A DNA stretch of 32,000 bases from Breznakia blatticola. Its GTDB lineage: Bacteria; Bacillota_I; Bacilli_A; Erysipelotrichales; Erysipelotrichaceae. A program made the translations under genes and the position numbers. Positions 1-8,750 of the stretch are shown piece by piece; position 1 is the first letter of the stretch, and each line of letters starts with the position of its first letter. The DNA lies in NCBI RefSeq assembly GCF_004365815.1, contig NZ_SODD01000007.1:37560-69559 (forward strand), in the 5' to 3' direction. The notes beneath the pieces were generated by a model. The model saw only the letters and a program-made list of their open reading frames with translations, was not told the DNA's origin and ran no database searches.

Positions 1-576
1 CCTGGTGTAGCGATTGAAAGAATTAAACAATTTACTGGAAATCAAACAAAAGTAATCATAGTTGCTTCATATGGAAATCGTGCATATGAAGATGCACTAA
101 AAGAATTAGCAGATACACTAACAAGTAAAGGGTTTGTATGTGTAGGTGCAATTGCGGCTATTACAGAGCATAATATTGTGCATCAATTTGCAACTGGTAG
201 ACCAGATATGAATGATATACAACAATTGCAAACGTATGCCAAACAACTTAAAGAAAAACTGGCAAATCCATATGAAATTTCAACAGTTACATTGCCTGGA
301 AATTATCCATATAAAGAGTTTATTGGTGGGGCGTTTAAACCATTGACAAATAGTATGTGTATTTCGTGTGGGATTTGTGCTAGAGTATGTCCAGTTGCCG
401 CAATTCCAATAAATGAGCCAAGTACAACAAATTATTGCACATGTATTAATTGCATGCGATGTATTGAAGTTTGCCCAGAAGATGCACGAGGTCTGGATTC
501 AGTATTGTTAGAGCAACTTGGTAAAAGACTTGAGCCTGTATGTTCAGATCGAAAAAATAACGAACTCTTCATTTAA
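1..576 (+). CDS. Flavodoxin-like / 2x[4Fe-4S] ferredoxin-domain protein (EFR1-type), 5' end cut by window edge
   Basis: Frame 1 is open from base 1 and continuous with the listed ORF (whose 'start' at 178 is an internal GTG). Two CxxCxxCxxxCP clusters are present (CISCGICARVCP, CINCMRCIEVCP). The upstream part (KVIIVASYGNRAYEDAL) looks flavodoxin-like. Confidence 0.75.
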   Translation, partial: PGVAIERIKQFTGNQTKVIIVASYGNRAYEDALKELADTLTSKGFVCVGAIAAITEHNIVHQFATGRPDMNDIQQLQTYAKQLKEKLANPYEISTVTLPGNYPYKEFIGGAFKPLTNSMCISCGICARVCPVAAIPINEPSTTNYCTCINCMRCIEVCPEDARGLDSVLLEQLGKRLEPVCSDRKNNELFI

Positions 577-696
577 TGAGGAGTTCTTTTGAATTTATAT
601 AGATTTTTTGTCAAAAAAGGTTTACATCTCTTGCCTGTAAAGGGGATTTGATAGAAAATGGAATAGATGACTTTTATCATAAGACTAGGAGATGAC

Positions 697-1119
697 ATGG
701 AAATATCAAAGAAGCTACAAAAACAAAGAAAAATGATGAAACTTTCACAAGAAGAACTAGCAAATCGTTTGAATGTATCAAGACAGACCATTTCAAGTTG
801 GGAAACAGGAAAGAGTTATCCTGATATATACAGTCTTGTAAGCGTTAGTGATATCTATGGACTCACCTTAGATGAATTGGTAAAAGGAGATGTGAAAATG
901 TTAAACACAATGAAAAAAGAAAGTAGAGCAGCACAAGTAAATAAGAAAGCGATGATTATGAGTGGTATCGGTTTGATTGGGTTGGGTCTAGGTTGGATCA
1001 TTCCAACTTCACATGTAAGAGAATTTATCAGTGGTGCCGGGTTTGGCTTACTTATTGCGGGTGCATTGATGATGATTGTCACCAAAGTTGTGCTACAACT
1101 AGCAGTGGATAAAGACTAA
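697..1119 (+). CDS. XRE-family helix-turn-helix regulator with C-terminal transmembrane segments
   Basis: MEISKKLQKQRKMMKLSQEELANRLNVSRQTISSWETGKSYPD is a classic Cro/C1 HTH. The hydrophobic C-terminus has 2 predicted TM helices. I chose the ATG at 697 because TAGGAGA at 686-692 precedes it; the ORF-track start at 667 lacks an RBS. Confidence 0.8.
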   Translation: MEISKKLQKQRKMMKLSQEELANRLNVSRQTISSWETGKSYPDIYSLVSVSDIYGLTLDELVKGDVKMLNTMKKESRAAQVNKKAMIMSGIGLIGLGLGWIIPTSHVREFISGAGFGLLIAGALMMIVTKVVLQLAVDKD

Positions 1120-1126
1120 GTATAAT

Positions 1127-1157
1127 AAGAAAATCATCTTCGGATGTCTTTTCTTTT
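1127..1157 (+). terminator. Possible intrinsic terminator after the XRE gene
   Basis: CATC-TTCG-GATG core at 1135-1146, extended by imperfect AAGAAAAT / TCTTTTCTT pairing, followed by a T-rich tail. Confidence 0.4.
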
Positions 1158-1163
1158 ACGTAA

Positions 1164-1200
1164 TAAAAAACTATAAACTCAATCGTGTGAATTTATAGTT
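1164..1200 (-). terminator. Intrinsic terminator of the minus-strand DUF2500-like gene
   Basis: Perfect 9-bp stem AACTATAAA (1169-1177) / TTTATAGTT (1192-1200). The stem overlaps the stop codon and is followed on the minus strand by a T-run (plus-strand A-run 1165-1170). Confidence 0.55.
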
Positions 1201-1573
1201 CAGGATCTACATTAATGAACTCTTTATATTTATCACCAAAGCCAAGTATTTCACCATGTTTTGTATAGGAAAGAATACCTGTATCACCGATTTTAAGTGA
1301 TGAATATAAGAATGAAGGAACACTAAAAGTTCTTGTTGTATGGTTGAATGCAAAAGTAACATCGTATGTATAAGAATATCTTTCGCCATATTTTGTGATA
1401 GCTACACTTTGATAATATGTCATATCCGTGATGGTTGCTGTATAACGTGAAATATCCTTTTCTTTAGGTTTTCGTTTCTTATATTTATGGTATGCCCACA
1501 TAGGCATCATGTACAAAAAAACTGTTAAAACAAGTAAACCAATAACAATCAAATAATCAATAATTTTTCCCAT
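1193..1573 (-). CDS. Small membrane-anchored protein, DUF2500/YhhM-like
   Basis: N-terminal TM helix followed by a basic stretch (KYKKRKPKEK). The C-terminal pattern TFSVPSFLYSSLKIGDTGILSY resembles, from memory, the YhhM-type motif (F.L....Y..L.VGD.G.LSY). RBS AGAGGG lies upstream. Confidence 0.6.
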   Translation of the reverse strand: MGKIIDYLIVIGLLVLTVFLYMMPMWAYHKYKKRKPKEKDISRYTATITDMTYYQSVAITKYGERYSYTYDVTFAFNHTTRTFSVPSFLYSSLKIGDTGILSYTKHGEILGFGDKYKEFINVDPEL

Positions 1574-1697
1574 TTATAGCCCTCTGATTACATTAATAAT
1601 AGCATATAGTAGGATTGTATAAATATAAAAAATAAAAGTTACATAGTGCTCACTTATAAAAAATGGTAAAATAAACAAAAATAGGAGGCGTGTTTAT

Positions 1698-2678
1698 ATG
1701 ATAAAAATTGGTATCGTTGGATATGGAAACCTTGGAAAAGGTGTAGAGAGCGCTGTTATTAACAGTAAGGATATGGAATTGATTGGAATTTTCACAAGAA
1801 GAAATCCAAGGGATCTAGTTGTACAAAGTGATACGAAAGTATATGCATTAGATGATGCATTTAACATGAAAGATGAAATTGATGTAATGGTGATGTGTGG
1901 AGGAAGTGCAAATGATCTATTAGATCAAACGCCTGCATTTGCAAAGCATTTTAATGTAATTGATAGTTTTGATACACATGCTCGTATCCCAGAACATTTT
2001 GCGAATGTTGATGCAGCTAGTCAAATCGAGAAAACGGTAAGTATTATTTCTGTTGGATGGGATCCAGGGTTGTTCTCTGTGCAACGTTTATATGGGCAAG
2101 CAGTATTACCATACGGAAATGATTACACTTTCTGGGGTAAGGGAGTGAGTCAAGGGCATTCTGATGCGATTCGTCGTATTGAAGGTGTTGTAGATGCTAG
2201 ACAATATACAATCCCAGTAGAAGCTGCTTTAGCTAGTGTACGTAATAATGAAGACCCTGTATTAGATACAAGACAAAAACATACACGTGAATGTTATGTG
2301 GTTATAGAAGATGGGGCAGATGCAAAACAAATTGAAGATGCAATTGTAAATATGCCAAACTACTTTGCTGATTATGATACAACGGTTCATTTTATCTCAA
2401 TGGAAGAATTACAACGTGATCATGCAGGAATTCCTCATGGTGGAGTTGTGTTTAGAAGTGGGAAAACCGGAATGAATTTAGATACACATCAATTAATTGA
2501 ATATAAACTAGAGTTAGATTCAAACCCAGAATTTACAGCAAGTGTACTTGTTGCTTATGCAAGAGCTGCATATCGTTTACACAAAGATGGCGTATATGGA
2601 TGTAAAACTGTCTTTGATATTGCTCCTGGACTGTTACATGAACAAGATGGAGAAACATTAAGAAAACATCTATTATAA
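1698..2678 (+). CDS. ddh: meso-diaminopimelate D-dehydrogenase
   Basis: 326 aa. N-terminal Rossmann motif IGIVGYGNLGKG, and WGKGVSQGHSDAIRRI, characteristic of Ddh. AGGAGG RBS at 1683-1688. Confidence 0.88.
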   Translation: MIKIGIVGYGNLGKGVESAVINSKDMELIGIFTRRNPRDLVVQSDTKVYALDDAFNMKDEIDVMVMCGGSANDLLDQTPAFAKHFNVIDSFDTHARIPEHFANVDAASQIEKTVSIISVGWDPGLFSVQRLYGQAVLPYGNDYTFWGKGVSQGHSDAIRRIEGVVDARQYTIPVEAALASVRNNEDPVLDTRQKHTRECYVVIEDGADAKQIEDAIVNMPNYFADYDTTVHFISMEELQRDHAGIPHGGVVFRSGKTGMNLDTHQLIEYKLELDSNPEFTASVLVAYARAAYRLHKDGVYGCKTVFDIAPGLLHEQDGETLRKHLL

Positions 2679-2697
2679 GATGTAAGGAGATCGTTGT

Positions 2698-3213
2698 ATG
2701 TATTGTGCAAATTATGAAAGTCCTCTTGGAATTTACAGAATGATAAGTGATGGACAAGCTTTAATCGGGTTAGATCGTATGGTAGATGCAACAGATATAC
2801 TAAACCAATTTGAATATCAAGAAACGCTTCCCATCTTTCAAAAAACAAGAGCTTGGTTAGATGCGTACTTTCGTAAAGAGAATCCATCGATTGATGCTTT
2901 GCATATACAACTACATGGAACTGCTTTTCAAAAAGAGGTATGGGATGTATTGTTAGATGTGAAATATGGAAGTGTAGCAACATATGGTGATCTTGCAAAA
3001 ATACTAGCAAAACGACGGAATATCAAACGGATGTCCAGTCAAGCGGTCGGTAATGCATTGGGTAAAAATCCAATACCAATCATTGTTCCATGTCATCGTG
3101 TTATTGGAACAAAGGATAATTTAGTAGGATATACTGGTGGTCTTCACATCAAGACATTTTTGTTAGAACTTGAAGGAATTGATATAACCAAACTTCACAA
3201 ACCAAAATCGTAA
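2698..3213 (+). CDS. ogt: Methylated-DNA--protein-cysteine methyltransferase
   Basis: Active-site motif IPCHRVIG, plus YGDLA and the helix-turn-wing region. AAGGAG RBS. Lies 19 nt after ddh. Confidence 0.9.
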   Translation: MYCANYESPLGIYRMISDGQALIGLDRMVDATDILNQFEYQETLPIFQKTRAWLDAYFRKENPSIDALHIQLHGTAFQKEVWDVLLDVKYGSVATYGDLAKILAKRRNIKRMSSQAVGNALGKNPIPIIVPCHRVIGTKDNLVGYTGGLHIKTFLLELEGIDITKLHKPKS

Positions 3214-3336
3214 ATAGATGGTCATGCAGCAATGTGTGGCCTTTTTTTGTGAACAAATATTCACATGAAATTTAAGAGAGTTTTAAGGAAAGGTCGATAT
3301 ACTTTTGAAGAAATAACAAAAGGAGATCAAGGATAT

Positions 3337-4815
3337 ATGTATATTATAAAAAATGCATTACGAAATATTCGACGAATGTTTACAAAGAATATTCTTATTG
3401 CAATCATAATTTTGATTGTAGGATTCTCATGTGTGGTATCACTGAGTATTAAGGAAGCAGCAAATACAGCTAGACAAGAAGGAATAGATGCAGTAAATAT
3501 TACTGCAAATATTTCTTACGATAGACAAAAGATGATGCAAAACATGCAACCACCAACACAAGGTGAACAAGATGGTACATCACAAGAAGACATGCGTGAT
3601 AAAATGCGTGAAAGTATGCAAAATCAAAATCTAAGTCTGGATGAGTTAGAAGTCTATGCAAAAGCGGATAGTGTAAGTGATTTTTACTATGAAAAAACAA
3701 TGGCTATTGGTGCAACTGAAATTGAAGCGATTGAATCATCAAGTTCAGAAAACTTTGGGGGTCCCCAAGGAATGCCTGGAAGAAATGATGAAGACACAAC
3801 ATATGTTGAAGGTGATTTTTCACTAGTTGGAATTTCAAGTGTAAATGCACTAAGTGATTTTACTGATGGAACAAAAGAGCTTGTGGATGGAGAATATCTA
3901 GATATTGAGAAAACACATACGGTAATGATTTCAGAAGATCTAGCAACATATAACTCATTAGAGGTTGGTTCAAGTATTAAGCTACAAAATCCAAACAGTG
4001 AAAGTGAGACATATGTGGTTGAAGTTGTTGGTATTTATAGTCAAGTGAGTGACCAACAAATGATGATGCGTCAAGATCCGGCCAATCAAATGTATACAAG
4101 CGCAAACACTATAGATGCAATTGAAGCAAAAACCGCATCTGATAATCCACTAACGAGTCAAGTGAAGGGTACCTATGTACTAGCAGATGTTGATGCCTAT
4201 GATGCGTTTAGTGATGAAGTGTATGAACTAGGTTTATCAGATGATTTTACTGTGCAAAGCATGGATGTAAGTATGTATGAGCAATCATTAGCACCTTTAG
4301 AAAATCTATCCAGTTTTGCAGATACCTTCTTTTTAGTCAGTATTCTTGTTGGTGGAGCAATTCTTATTGTTTTCCAATTTTTAAGAGTGAAGGATCGCGT
4401 GTATGAAATCGGTGTATTACGTGCAATTGGAATGAGTAAGCTTAAAATATCACTTCAGTTCATTTGTGAATTGCTAATTATTACAACGGTATCACTAATA
4501 TTAGCATTAGGAATTGGAGCAGCAACAAGTGTACCAATTACAAATCAATTATTAGAAAGTCAAAGTGTGAGTACAAATGAATCTGAGATGCAAAATATGC
4601 CCGGTGGAATGCCACAAGGTATGGGTGGTAGACAAAGTAGTGAACCTAGTGGAAGTTTTATTGAAGATAGTGTACAAAGTGTATCCAGTGCAACCAACTG
4701 GACAGTTGTATTAGAAATTATGGTAATTGGTCTATTATTGACCATTGTCTCTGGTGGTGTAGCAACAATTTTTATACAACGCTACGATACGATGAAAATA
4801 CTACAACAAAGTTAG
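3337..4815 (+). CDS. ABC transporter permease, FtsX/MacB-type
   Basis: MYIIKNALRNIRRMFTKN is a typical FtsX-type N-terminus. It is followed by one TM, a large extracytoplasmic domain and a C-terminal FtsX 3-TM bundle. I chose the internal ATG at 3337 (AGGAG upstream) over the ORF-track start at 3265. Confidence 0.8.
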   Translation: MYIIKNALRNIRRMFTKNILIAIIILIVGFSCVVSLSIKEAANTARQEGIDAVNITANISYDRQKMMQNMQPPTQGEQDGTSQEDMRDKMRESMQNQNLSLDELEVYAKADSVSDFYYEKTMAIGATEIEAIESSSSENFGGPQGMPGRNDEDTTYVEGDFSLVGISSVNALSDFTDGTKELVDGEYLDIEKTHTVMISEDLATYNSLEVGSSIKLQNPNSESETYVVEVVGIYSQVSDQQMMMRQDPANQMYTSANTIDAIEAKTASDNPLTSQVKGTYVLADVDAYDAFSDEVYELGLSDDFTVQSMDVSMYEQSLAPLENLSSFADTFFLVSILVGGAILIVFQFLRVKDRVYEIGVLRAIGMSKLKISLQFICELLIITTVSLILALGIGAATSVPITNQLLESQSVSTNESEMQNMPGGMPQGMGGRQSSEPSGSFIEDSVQSVSSATNWTVVLEIMVIGLLLTIVSGGVATIFIQRYDTMKILQQS

Positions 4816-4824
4816 GAGAAAAAC

Positions 4825-5460
4825 ATGAGTGAATTATCAACAAAAGATCTAAGCTTTTATTATACAAAGGACAAATCAATCTTAAAGGAATTAAACCTTG
4901 CATTTGAGCGTGGAAAAATATATGCAATCGTTGGGAAATCAGGTGCAGGGAAAACAACGTTATTATCCTTATTATCACAACTACAAAGCCCAAAGGATGG
5001 ACATATCTATTATGAAGGTCAAGACATTTCTAATATTAATGCAGATCACTATCGTTCATGTAACATTGGTGTGGTCTTTCAATCTTACAATTTACTGCCA
5101 AGTTGGAATGCAATCGAAAATGTAAGTCTTTCATTGGATATTGCAAATTGGAAAGAATCAGATAAAAAGACACATGCAAAAATGTTGTTAGAGAAGATGC
5201 AAATAGATGAAAGTGATATGCATCGTGCAGTGCATCAATTATCGGGTGGGCAACAACAACGTGTGGCAATAGCAAGAGCGATTAGTTACAATCCATCAAT
5301 TATTCTTGCAGATGAACCAACGGGGAATTTAGATAAAGCAACAGAAAAAGAAATCTTAACGATCTTTCAACAACTAGCATATGAAGAAGATAAGTGTGTA
5401 ATCCTTGTCACACATGCTTCTTCAGTTACAAAAATAGCAGACGAAATTTATCGACTATAA
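4825..5460 (+). CDS. ABC transporter ATP-binding protein
   Basis: Walker A GKSGAGKTT, signature LSGGQQQR, Walker B ILADEPT. AGGAG RBS. Starts 9 nt after the permease. Confidence 0.92.
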   Translation: MSELSTKDLSFYYTKDKSILKELNLAFERGKIYAIVGKSGAGKTTLLSLLSQLQSPKDGHIYYEGQDISNINADHYRSCNIGVVFQSYNLLPSWNAIENVSLSLDIANWKESDKKTHAKMLLEKMQIDESDMHRAVHQLSGGQQQRVAIARAISYNPSIILADEPTGNLDKATEKEILTIFQQLAYEEDKCVILVTHASSVTKIADEIYRL

Positions 5461-5599
5461 AATGAATCGAATGATACATGGTGTCATCCTAAATTGTATA
5501 TAAAGTATTATAATCATAGAGATAAAAAAGTAGAAATGTATCATATATATTTGATAGGTGCTCAAAAAGCCCATGAAATAAGTGAAATTTCACACTCGA

Positions 5600-5629
5600 T
5601 TAGATTTTTCGAGCAAAATATGCTATAAT
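5600..5629 (+). promoter_or_regulatory. Candidate sigma-A promoter (TTAGAT-18 nt-TGcTATAAT)
   Basis: -35 TTAGAT at 5600-5605. Extended -10 TGCTATAAT at 5621-5629. Confidence 0.4.
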
Positions 5630-5640
5630 AAAGGCACAAC

Positions 5641-5690
5641 GAGCGGTATTGATCATGTAGTTCTGTTGATCTTCCGCTTTTTATTTTTTT
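5641..5690 (+). terminator. Intrinsic terminator / attenuator between the promoter and the RBS of the CarD-like gene
   Basis: Two-tier hairpin: AGCGG 5642-5646 / CCGCT 5674-5678, and GATCA 5651-5655 / TGATC 5667-5671. It is followed by TTTTTATTTTTTT. Confidence 0.6.
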
Positions 5691-5702
5691 AACTAGGAGG
5701 TA

Positions 5703-6191
5703 ATGATGTTAGAAATTGGAGAAAAAGTATTATATCACTTATATGTATGCAACGTCGTGAGTAAAGAAAAAAGAAACGGTAAAATTTTCTACAAACTAGT
5801 TTCTGTGGATCATGATGGATATTCGTTCAAAATCCCAGCGACGCACATTTCCACTAGTGTTCAACAAATCCCAACAAAAAAAGAACTACAAGGGTATTTA
5901 GAAAACATCGACATGAATGAAGTCAAACGCCCAACGGCTTTGGATATGGACCGTACGATTAAACCAATCTTGGATACATTTGATATTGAGAAATGGTTAG
6001 ATGTTTATGGAATGTTATTTGATGAACGTAAAAAAGCCGTAGCAAGTGGAAAAATGGTTTCACAAAAGGTGCAAGGCTACTTAAATAACATGGAAGATAA
6101 AATCTTCAACTTATCTGCGTATATCTTTGATGATTCAGTAGATGAAGTAAAAGATCGTATTTATACACATTTAGACAACATCACGAGTTAA
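5703..6191 (+). CDS. CarD/CdnL/TRCF-domain family protein (RNA-polymerase-binding regulator-like)
   Basis: The N-terminal pattern IGEKVLY...FYKL...G....IP fits the CarD_TRCF RNAP-interacting domain as I remember it. It is followed by a helical C-terminal half. Size is 162 aa. AGGAGG RBS at 5695-5700. Confidence 0.6.
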   Translation: MMLEIGEKVLYHLYVCNVVSKEKRNGKIFYKLVSVDHDGYSFKIPATHISTSVQQIPTKKELQGYLENIDMNEVKRPTALDMDRTIKPILDTFDIEKWLDVYGMLFDERKKAVASGKMVSQKVQGYLNNMEDKIFNLSAYIFDDSVDEVKDRIYTHLDNITS

Positions 6192-6332
6192 TTCTTGTGG
6201 TGTTTTTTTATATTCATATACATATGAAAATGTGAACAACATTCATTTTTTTACATGATGATAGGCGTTTATATATTGTTATGGGATAATAATGATGTAG
6301 AAACGATTGTGCTGTGTGTGAAGGAGGTAGTT

Positions 6333-6674
6333 ATGGATATACAAAAACTTAGAAGTGCACGCACTTGGTACAACGTAATGATGTTTGCTTTATCCTATGT
6401 TGTGTTTTATGACTTAAAAATCAATGTCTTTCTTTCAAGTGTATTTTTTACGTATTCTTTTGTATTGATATGGGTGCATGATTATTTTGTTAGAAATGTG
6501 AATAAAGAAAAACACTTTTTGTTGTACAAGCGAATCAATTACATTTGTGGGATACTATTGTGTGGATTCTATCTATACTTTTGTTTACCACATGGATGGG
6601 TCATACCGATGTTTATGATAATAGTCACATGTAGCTTTCTTGCATTTACATATTATGCAATAGAAGGTATTTAG
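6333..6674 (+). CDS. Hypothetical small integral membrane protein (about 4 TM)
   Basis: Hydrophobic throughout. The ATG at 6333 is preceded by GAAGGAGG at 6320-6327; the ORF-track start at 6255 has no RBS. Confidence 0.5.
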   Translation: MDIQKLRSARTWYNVMMFALSYVVFYDLKINVFLSSVFFTYSFVLIWVHDYFVRNVNKEKHFLLYKRINYICGILLCGFYLYFCLPHGWVIPMFMIIVTCSFLAFTYYAIEGI

Positions 6675-6688
6675 TCTTGCGACAAAAA

Positions 6689-6720
6689 AACAGTGAATCA
6701 CGTAGCTGTGATTCACTGTT
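6689..6720. terminator. Hairpin terminator between convergent genes (T-run on the minus strand)
   Basis: Perfect 13-bp stem AACAGTGAATCAC / GTGATTCACTGTT with a 6-nt loop. A 7-nt plus-strand A-run gives a T-run for the minus-strand gene. Confidence 0.7.
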
Positions 6721-6728
6721 CTTAATAA

Positions 6729-7007
6729 TTATTTAATTGGTCTATTTCCAGTTTTTGTACTTTCTTTTTCCCAGTACTTTTTCACTTCATTAAGATCCAA
6801 GTAAGGTGCATCAGTAGTTCTGAAGTCAGTTAATTTGTCAAAGAAGAATTCAGCTTCATTGTAATCATCAAAGATCATTAACATTTTACCATCATTCTTT
6901 AAGATCCATTTTCCATCTTTTGATCCGACTTTGAAGTTTTTTAACTTCATGTTTAACATCTTTCCAGTTTTGTCATCACCTGTTCTGTAAACTAAATATT
7001 TTTTCAT
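6729..7007 (-). CDS. Hypothetical small soluble protein (92 aa)
   Basis: The ATG at 7007 is preceded by AAGGAGGAAAAGGAT. No motif recognised. The gene has its own terminator. Confidence 0.55.
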   Translation of the reverse strand: MKKYLVYRTGDDKTGKMLNMKLKNFKVGSKDGKWILKNDGKMLMIFDDYNEAEFFFDKLTDFRTTDAPYLDLNEVKKYWEKESTKTGNRPIK

Positions 7008-7155
7008 ATCCTTTTCCTCCTTAGTTACATATTTATTATACAACGGACTGCATAATTATAAAGTGATATGCTTAACAAAAATAATGTAGAAATAAAGTGC
7101 AAACAATCAAAATGTAAAAAGTTTCATCCATATTTGTAAAAAATTACATTTTTTG

Positions 7156-7184
7156 TTGACATAGTTTTCATTCAAGCGTATGAT
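7156..7184 (+). promoter_or_regulatory. Sigma-A promoter of the arg operon (TTGACA-17 nt-TATGAT)
   Basis: TTGACA at 7156-7161. TATGAT at 7179-7184. Confidence 0.6.
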
Positions 7185-7194
7185 AAGAACCATA

Positions 7195-7430
7195 CAAAAC
7201 GTTGATTAGGAAAAGTACTTAAGATTGAGATGCATAGCGAGATAACGATTGGTGGAAGGTTATCCAGGAGAAATTAAGGAAACGCACCTAGGAGTGTTTA
7301 TGGGAATGTAAGTATCATAAATCGTTGATCCTCGTTACGGATTAGAGTGGGTAGTATAATACTATCAACTAGAGTGGTACCGCGTAAGTAAAACGTCTCT
7401 GGAATGATTTTTCCATGAGACGTTTTTTTA
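7195..7430 (+). promoter_or_regulatory. T-box riboswitch leader, specifier read as CGC (Arg)
   Basis: Stem I elements: AGTA, AGCGAGA, and distal GGTGGAA. The specifier loop reads GGAAA-CGC-A (CGC at 7283-7285) immediately 5' of CCTAG, which pairs with TTAGG near 7205. T-box sequence AGAGTGGTACCGCG at 7371-7384. Terminator stem AACGTCTC / GAGACGTT plus a T-run at 7391-7430. Confidence 0.85.
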
Positions 7431-7506
7431 ATCTTCAACAACCTAAAAACGTTCGTATATCGTATAATGAAATTGAATAAAGGACTATGAAAAAGGAGAC
7501 GGTGTT

Positions 7507-8727
7507 ATGAAAAAGGATATTAAGAAAATTGTATTGGCTTACTCAGGTGGATTGGATACATCTGTAATGATTCAATGGTTGAAAGAGAACTATGATAATC
7601 CAGAAATTATTGCTGTATCAGGAGATGTTGGACAAGCAGATGAACTTGAAGGTCTAGAAGAAAAAGCACTAAAAACGGGTGCTAGCAAATTTTACGCCTT
7701 AGATCTAAAAGATGCATTTGTTGAAGATATTATCTTTCCTTGTTTAAAAGCAAACGCAGTGTATGAAAATGTATATTTATTAGGGACAGCATTTGCTAGA
7801 CCAATCATTGGTAAAGGTTTAGTTGATATTGCAATTCAAGAAGGTGCAGATGCAATTTGCCATGGTTGTACAGGAAAAGGAAATGACCAAGTACGTTTCG
7901 AACTTGCAATTAAAGCGTTCGCTCCTGATATGCATATTATTGCACCATGGCGTACATGGGAATTAAAAAGTCGTGATGATGAAATCGAATATGCAGAAAA
8001 ACATAACATTCCATTAAAAATCAATCGTGAGACAAACTATTCAAAAGATAAAAACGTATGGCATTTATCACATGAAGGTTTAGACTTAGAAGATCCAATG
8101 AATGAACCAAAATATGATGACATTCTAGAAATGGGAGTAACACCAGAAAATGCTCCAGATGTTCCAACATATATTGAACTTGAATTTGAAAAAGGAATTC
8201 CAGTGGCTCTAGATGGAAAGAAAATGAAGGGACAAGATTTACTGCTTGCATTAAATGAAGTTGGTGGTAAAAACGGAATCGGAATTATCGACATGGTAGA
8301 AAATCGTTTAGTTGGAATGAAAAGCCGTGGGGTTTATGAAACGCCAGGGGGAACAATTTTATATAAAGCACACGAACTGTTAGAAACGATTACACTAGAT
8401 AAAGATACACAACACTTTAAACAACATGTAGGAATCAAATTCGGAGAATTATTATATAACGGATTATGGTTTACACCATTAAGAGAAGCACTAAGTGCAT
8501 TTGCTGATAAAACAAGTGAAACTGTAAATGGAACAGTTAAACTTAAGTTATACAAAGGGAATATTACAAGTGCAGGTATTTCATCACCTGACACATTATA
8601 TTCAGAACAAATTGCAAGTTTTGGTGAAGATGATTCATATGATCAAAATGATAGTGCAGGATTCATTAACTTATTTGGATTACCAATTAAAGTAAAAGCA
8701 ATGCAAGATGCAAAGAAACAAAAATAA
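7507..8727 (+). CDS. argG: Argininosuccinate synthase
   Basis: 406 aa. N-terminal [12 protein letters not shown]-binding motif. The whole length looks like ArgG. Confidence 0.95.
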   Translation: MKKDIKKIVLAYSGGLDTSVMIQWLKENYDNPEIIAVSGDVGQADELEGLEEKALKTGASKFYALDLKDAFVEDIIFPCLKANAVYENVYLLGTAFARPIIGKGLVDIAIQEGADAICHGCTGKGNDQVRFELAIKAFAPDMHIIAPWRTWELKSRDDEIEYAEKHNIPLKINRETNYSKDKNVWHLSHEGLDLEDPMNEPKYDDILEMGVTPENAPDVPTYIELEFEKGIPVALDGKKMKGQDLLLALNEVGGKNGIGIIDMVENRLVGMKSRGVYETPGGTILYKAHELLETITLDKDTQHFKQHVGIKFGELLYNGLWFTPLREALSAFADKTSETVNGTVKLKLYKGNITSAGISSPDTLYSEQIASFGEDDSYDQNDSAGFINLFGLPIKVKAMQDAKKQK

Positions 8728-8750
8728 ATTGTGGTAAAGGAGGGCTTGCA

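Noticed and set aside
2555-3010. 151-aa minus-strand ORF, and the similar antisense ORFs at 21833-22180, 8037-8294, 8334-8594, 8687-8944 and 25189-25473
   Set aside because: All lie inside, and antisense to, genes with clear catalytic motifs (ogt, cls, argG, argH, coaBC). None has an RBS or a recognisable domain.
5582-5593. The palindrome GTGAAATTTCAC as a Rex, CRP/FNR or CcpA (cre) site
   Set aside because: The half-site spacing is wrong for Rex (GTGAA-N4-TTCAC expected, only 2 nt here) and for CRP (N6 expected). The central CG of cre is missing. I kept it only as an unassigned palindrome.
7049-7062. TGCATAATTATAAA, which resembles an ARG box (ArgR/AhrC operator, TGAATAATTATTCA-like)
   Set aside because: It matches only about 11 of 14 positions in very AT-rich DNA. 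It is a single copy, whereas ARG boxes usually come in pairs. It lies about 100 nt upstream of the arg promoter, nearer the promoter of the divergent small gene. This is not enough to claim dual ArgR plus T-box control.
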